Positions 61,260 through 64,000 of a stretch of DNA of 64,000 nt are shown piece by piece. The notes under the pieces were generated by a model that was given only the letters and a program-made list of their open reading frames with translations, was not told the origin of the DNA and did not search any database. Source of the DNA: Verrucomicrobiota bacterium. Its GTDB lineage: Bacteria > Verrucomicrobiota > Verrucomicrobiia > Opitutales > Cerasicoccaceae. Location of the stretch: NCBI GenBank assembly GCA_039818205.1, contig JBCBUK010000001.1:64001-128000 (forward strand), read 5' to 3'. The first letter of the stretch is position 1. Each line of letters opens with the position of its first letter. The position numbers were made by a program, and so were the translations under genes.

Positions 61260-62693
61260 ATGTTCACAGCAAAATATTCTTTTATGCGGGAGAGTCGGAT
61301 GACCCGGCTCCTCCTCGCCCTGTTCTGCGCCTTGGGGTGCACAGCGGCGACTGCCGCTCAGGGTCCTAACTTTGTCATCCTCCTTGCGGATGATCTTGGA
61401 TGGGCCGACGTCGGGTTTCACGGTAGCGATATCGAAACACCGAACCTAGACAGTCTGGCCAAGAAGGGAGTTCAGCTAAAGCAGTTCTACGTGCAGCCGA
61501 CTTGCTCGCCAACTCGCATCGCATTGATGACGGGTCGCTATCCTTATCATATCGGCGGGCATATCAGCGTCCTGCGGCCATACCATAAGCATGGCGTTCC
61601 CGTCGATGAGAACATGCTCTCTCAAGTCTTGAAGGACGCAGGGTACAAAACCGCCATCACGGGCAAATGGCACCTTGGATTAGCGCGCAAAGCCTACTGG
61701 CCCACATCTCGAGGATTCGACCTCGCTCACGGCTGCCTAGGTGGAGCGGTCGATTACTTCAATCACACTGGATACGGTTCCTTGGACTGGTATGACCAAG
61801 ATACGATACCGCTCCGCGAGGAAGGCTACGCGACCGACCTAATCGGACAACGAGCCGCCCAGATTATCGAAGACCATGACTTTAGAAAACATCCACTCTT
61901 TCTCTACGTGCCTTTCAACGCACCCCATACACCGCTCGATGCAAAGTCCGAAGACATTGCAAAATACAGCAGCGAGAAGAATGAGAAACGTCGAATCTAC
62001 TGCGCTCAGGTCGACAACATGGACCAAGCAATCGGAAAAATTATTGAAGCACTTAAGGCCAAAAACGTATTCGACAATACGGTCATCCTATTCGCCTCCG
62101 ATAATGGTGGCTATGGCGATGGAAAAATAGCCGACAACAAACCATTCCGCGGTGGCAAAGGCAAACCGTTCGAAGGTGGAATCCGGGTGCCGGCGTTCAT
62201 CATATGGCCCGACGGGCTTAAGGGCGGCCGCAGCTACGACCAACCCCTGCACATTGTCGATGTCCTACCGACCTTCGCGGACTTGGCCAAAGCCAGCACC
62301 TCAAAGTGCAAGCCACTCGATGGAATCGATTTTTGGCCCTCTCTTGCCGACGGAACGCCCCTCCCTAAACGTGACATTTACCACAACGTGAAGGACAAGA
62401 AAGGCGGACGCGGAAGCATCCGCAGCGGTGATTGGAAATTGATTGTTGCCCGTAAAGATCGTGCACCAGACGGCACACCGCTTCAAGGATCCAAACACGT
62501 CGCGCTTCTTTTCAACATTGCCGACGACCCCTATGAGACTAAGAATCTCGCTACATCACACCCGGAGATCGTTTCGACACTCTGGGGAAAGCTCAAAGCC
62601 AAAGGACCCGAAGTCGGCAACGCCAAACCCTACACTGCGCGTGCTCCTGAAGGTTGGGCTGCGCCAGCCGACTGGTCTGGCGTTCCCAATTAA
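61260..62693 (+). CDS. Arylsulfatase-like S1 sulfatase, secreted
   Basis: PNFVILLADDLGW.D; CSPTRIALMTG; GKWHLG; FNAPHTP; SDNGG. Confidence 0.93.
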   Translation: MFTAKYSFMRESRMTRLLLALFCALGCTAATAAQGPNFVILLADDLGWADVGFHGSDIETPNLDSLAKKGVQLKQFYVQPTCSPTRIALMTGRYPYHIGGHISVLRPYHKHGVPVDENMLSQVLKDAGYKTAITGKWHLGLARKAYWPTSRGFDLAHGCLGGAVDYFNHTGYGSLDWYDQDTIPLREEGYATDLIGQRAAQIIEDHDFRKHPLFLYVPFNAPHTPLDAKSEDIAKYSSEKNEKRRIYCAQVDNMDQAIGKIIEALKAKNVFDNTVILFASDNGGYGDGKIADNKPFRGGKGKPFEGGIRVPAFIIWPDGLKGGRSYDQPLHIVDVLPTFADLAKASTSKCKPLDGIDFWPSLADGTPLPKRDIYHNVKDKKGGRGSIRSGDWKLIVARKDRAPDGTPLQGSKHVALLFNIADDPYETKNLATSHPEIVSTLWGKLKAKGPEVGNAKPYTARAPEGWAAPADWSGVPN

Positions 62694-62702
62694 GATACCA
62701 CG

Positions 62703-64000
62703 ATGACCGCCCGCGCTTTATTCGTTTGCTTTGGAATACTGCTTGCCCTCACCTTTTTTGGTTGTGGTGAATCGCCACCGTCTGTCGCAACTGATAAAAT
62801 GCAAACGGACCAGCAGGCCGAGTCGGTCGAAACAACTAAGGAAGCCGCCGAATCGGTTTCTTCAGCTGAGCCTGAAAATCCGACTGAGCCACCTCAGAAG
62901 ACATTTGAAAACCCTTACCCTAAGGGAACCTTATACCACGAATTTCTCGAAGCGAAACACAATGGCAAACCCTCTCGGTTGACCGACTATAGCTACGCTG
63001 GCTACCATCGCAGTCAGAAACCCTTGCCGACCGTTTCGAAGGACACCTATCGCTACTTCGATGTTACCGAGTATGGCGCACGACCTGGTGACAATCGATC
63101 CGATCGAGACGCCGTCATTGCCGCACTAACGGCTGCCCACGCACATGATGGGCCGGCAGTTGTCTATTTTCCACCGGGCAATTTTCGGTTATTCGAGAAA
63201 AGCGACTTCGGCAAAGTCCCGATTGAAATCACTCGCAGTAACATTGTGCTCAAGGGAGCCGGGATGGGCTCAACTCAATTGGAATTTGCCGAAACGCATC
63301 TTCCCGCACGGCCGCTGATCCTCTTTCGCTCTAGCACGGGGAAAGACGACTATTGGCGGGGAGATAAGAAACTAAATGCTGTCGCAACCCACCAGGTCGA
63401 CACTTACACGGTTGAGGTCTCCGATACCTCAGGGCTAAAGCCTGGTATGCGGATCAATTTCAACCCTTCGATGGATCCGAATGCAGAGTCGACCAAGGAA
63501 TTTTTTGCACCACATGATGTCCCACAAGGGATATTCAACCGCGCGAAGAATAAGGGTGGCGTTCTCACAGACATCTTTGAACTCCATGAAATAAAGAGCA
63601 TCGATGGCAATCTCGTGACCTTTGGTGAACCGATTCAATTGGAATTCGACGCCTACCAGAATTTTCAGATCTATCGCATTGATGGCATCATCGAGGAGTG
63701 CGGAATAGAAGACCTCTCGCTCCGCGGAGGATGGCGTGGCGTCTTTCAACACCACAACGGATCCCGCTACGGTGAGGACTACATCATGATTGCAATGAAT
63801 CGCGTCTTCAATAGCTGGGTTCGGCGTGTCCGCATCGCAGACTACAGTTTCGCCTTCAAGCAATGGCTCTGCGGATTTAATACCATCACCGATGTAATCC
63901 TCGAAGGTAATCCAGGACACCTTTCGATGGTTAGCCAAAGTTCCTACGGCAATCTCTTTGCATTCATTCGGGAACAACGGGACACGCACCACGGCCTCGG
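62703..64000 (+). CDS. DUF4955-like beta-helix lipoprotein (truncated by the window end; absent from the ORF track)
   Basis: ATG 62703: MTARALFVCFGILLALTFFGC (lipobox), then LTDYSYAGYH, FDVTEYGARPGD..SD, VVYFPPGNF; N-terminal part translated by hand. Confidence 0.75.
   Translation, partial: MTARALFVCFGILLALTFFGCGESPPSVATDKMQTDQQAESVETTKEAAESVSSAEPENPTEPPQKTFENPYPKGTLYHEFLEAKHNGKPSRLTDYSYAGYHRSQKPLPTVSKDTYRYFDVTEYGARPGDNRSDRDAVIAALTAAHAHDGPAVVYFPPGNFRLFEKSDFGKVPIEITRSNIVLKGAGMGSTQLEFAETHLPARPLILFRSSTGKDDYWRGDKKLNAVATHQVDTYTVEVSDTSGLKPGMRINFNPSMDPNAESTKEFFAPHDVPQGIFNRAKNKGGVLTDIFELHEIKSIDGNLVTFGEPIQLEFDAYQNFQIYRIDGIIEECGIEDLSLRGGWRGVFQHHNGSRYGEDYIMIAMNRVFNSWVRRVRIADYSFAFKQWLCGFNTITDVILEGNPGHLSMVSQSSYGNLFAFIREQRDTHHGL

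Noticed and set aside
63435..63992. 185 aa minus-strand ORF, and 62731-62982 on the plus strand
   Set aside because: Shadows of the plus-strand DUF4955-like gene starting at 62703.

Overview
Bacterial chromosomal window, most likely from a marine Verrucomicrobiota (Opitutales-like) organism. This is an inference from the PEP-CTERM protein, the stand-alone pseudopilin-like gene, the XylR-type regulator, the many sulfatases and the absence of SusC/SusD. The window has four parts. (1) 1-2.6 kb: end of a probable carrageenan locus (GH16 plus MFS sugar porter). (2) 2.7-23 kb: mostly housekeeping (oppC-like, sulfotransferase, ubiE/menG, atypical ClpX-like ATPase, HU/IHF, hisS, holA, a circularly permuted SpoIVB/S55-like peptidase with a beta-propeller partner, Nudix, ispH, HpnO-like aminotransferase, pfp, purC, tRNA-Glu). 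(3) 25.0-28.2 kb: six short, co-oriented genes separated by attC-like imperfect palindromes. Their 7-bp core sites pair across each gene as integron cassettes do, but with non-canonical GTTC- cores, decay along the array and no integrase gene; recQ occupies the position where intI would be. (4) 32.8-64 kb: a large sulfated-glycan utilisation locus (2 GH29, chondroitinase-like PL8, GH2 beta-glucuronidase, 4 sulfatases, DUF2264, 2 DUF4955-like, 2 unclassified beta-helix proteins, SSS transporter, XylR-type regulator). Its intergenic regions share a tandem TTGCGCAA-like motif at 21-22 bp spacing, and the enzyme set fits a fucosylated chondroitin-sulfate-type substrate. All family calls come from motif recognition by eye; no database searches were run.
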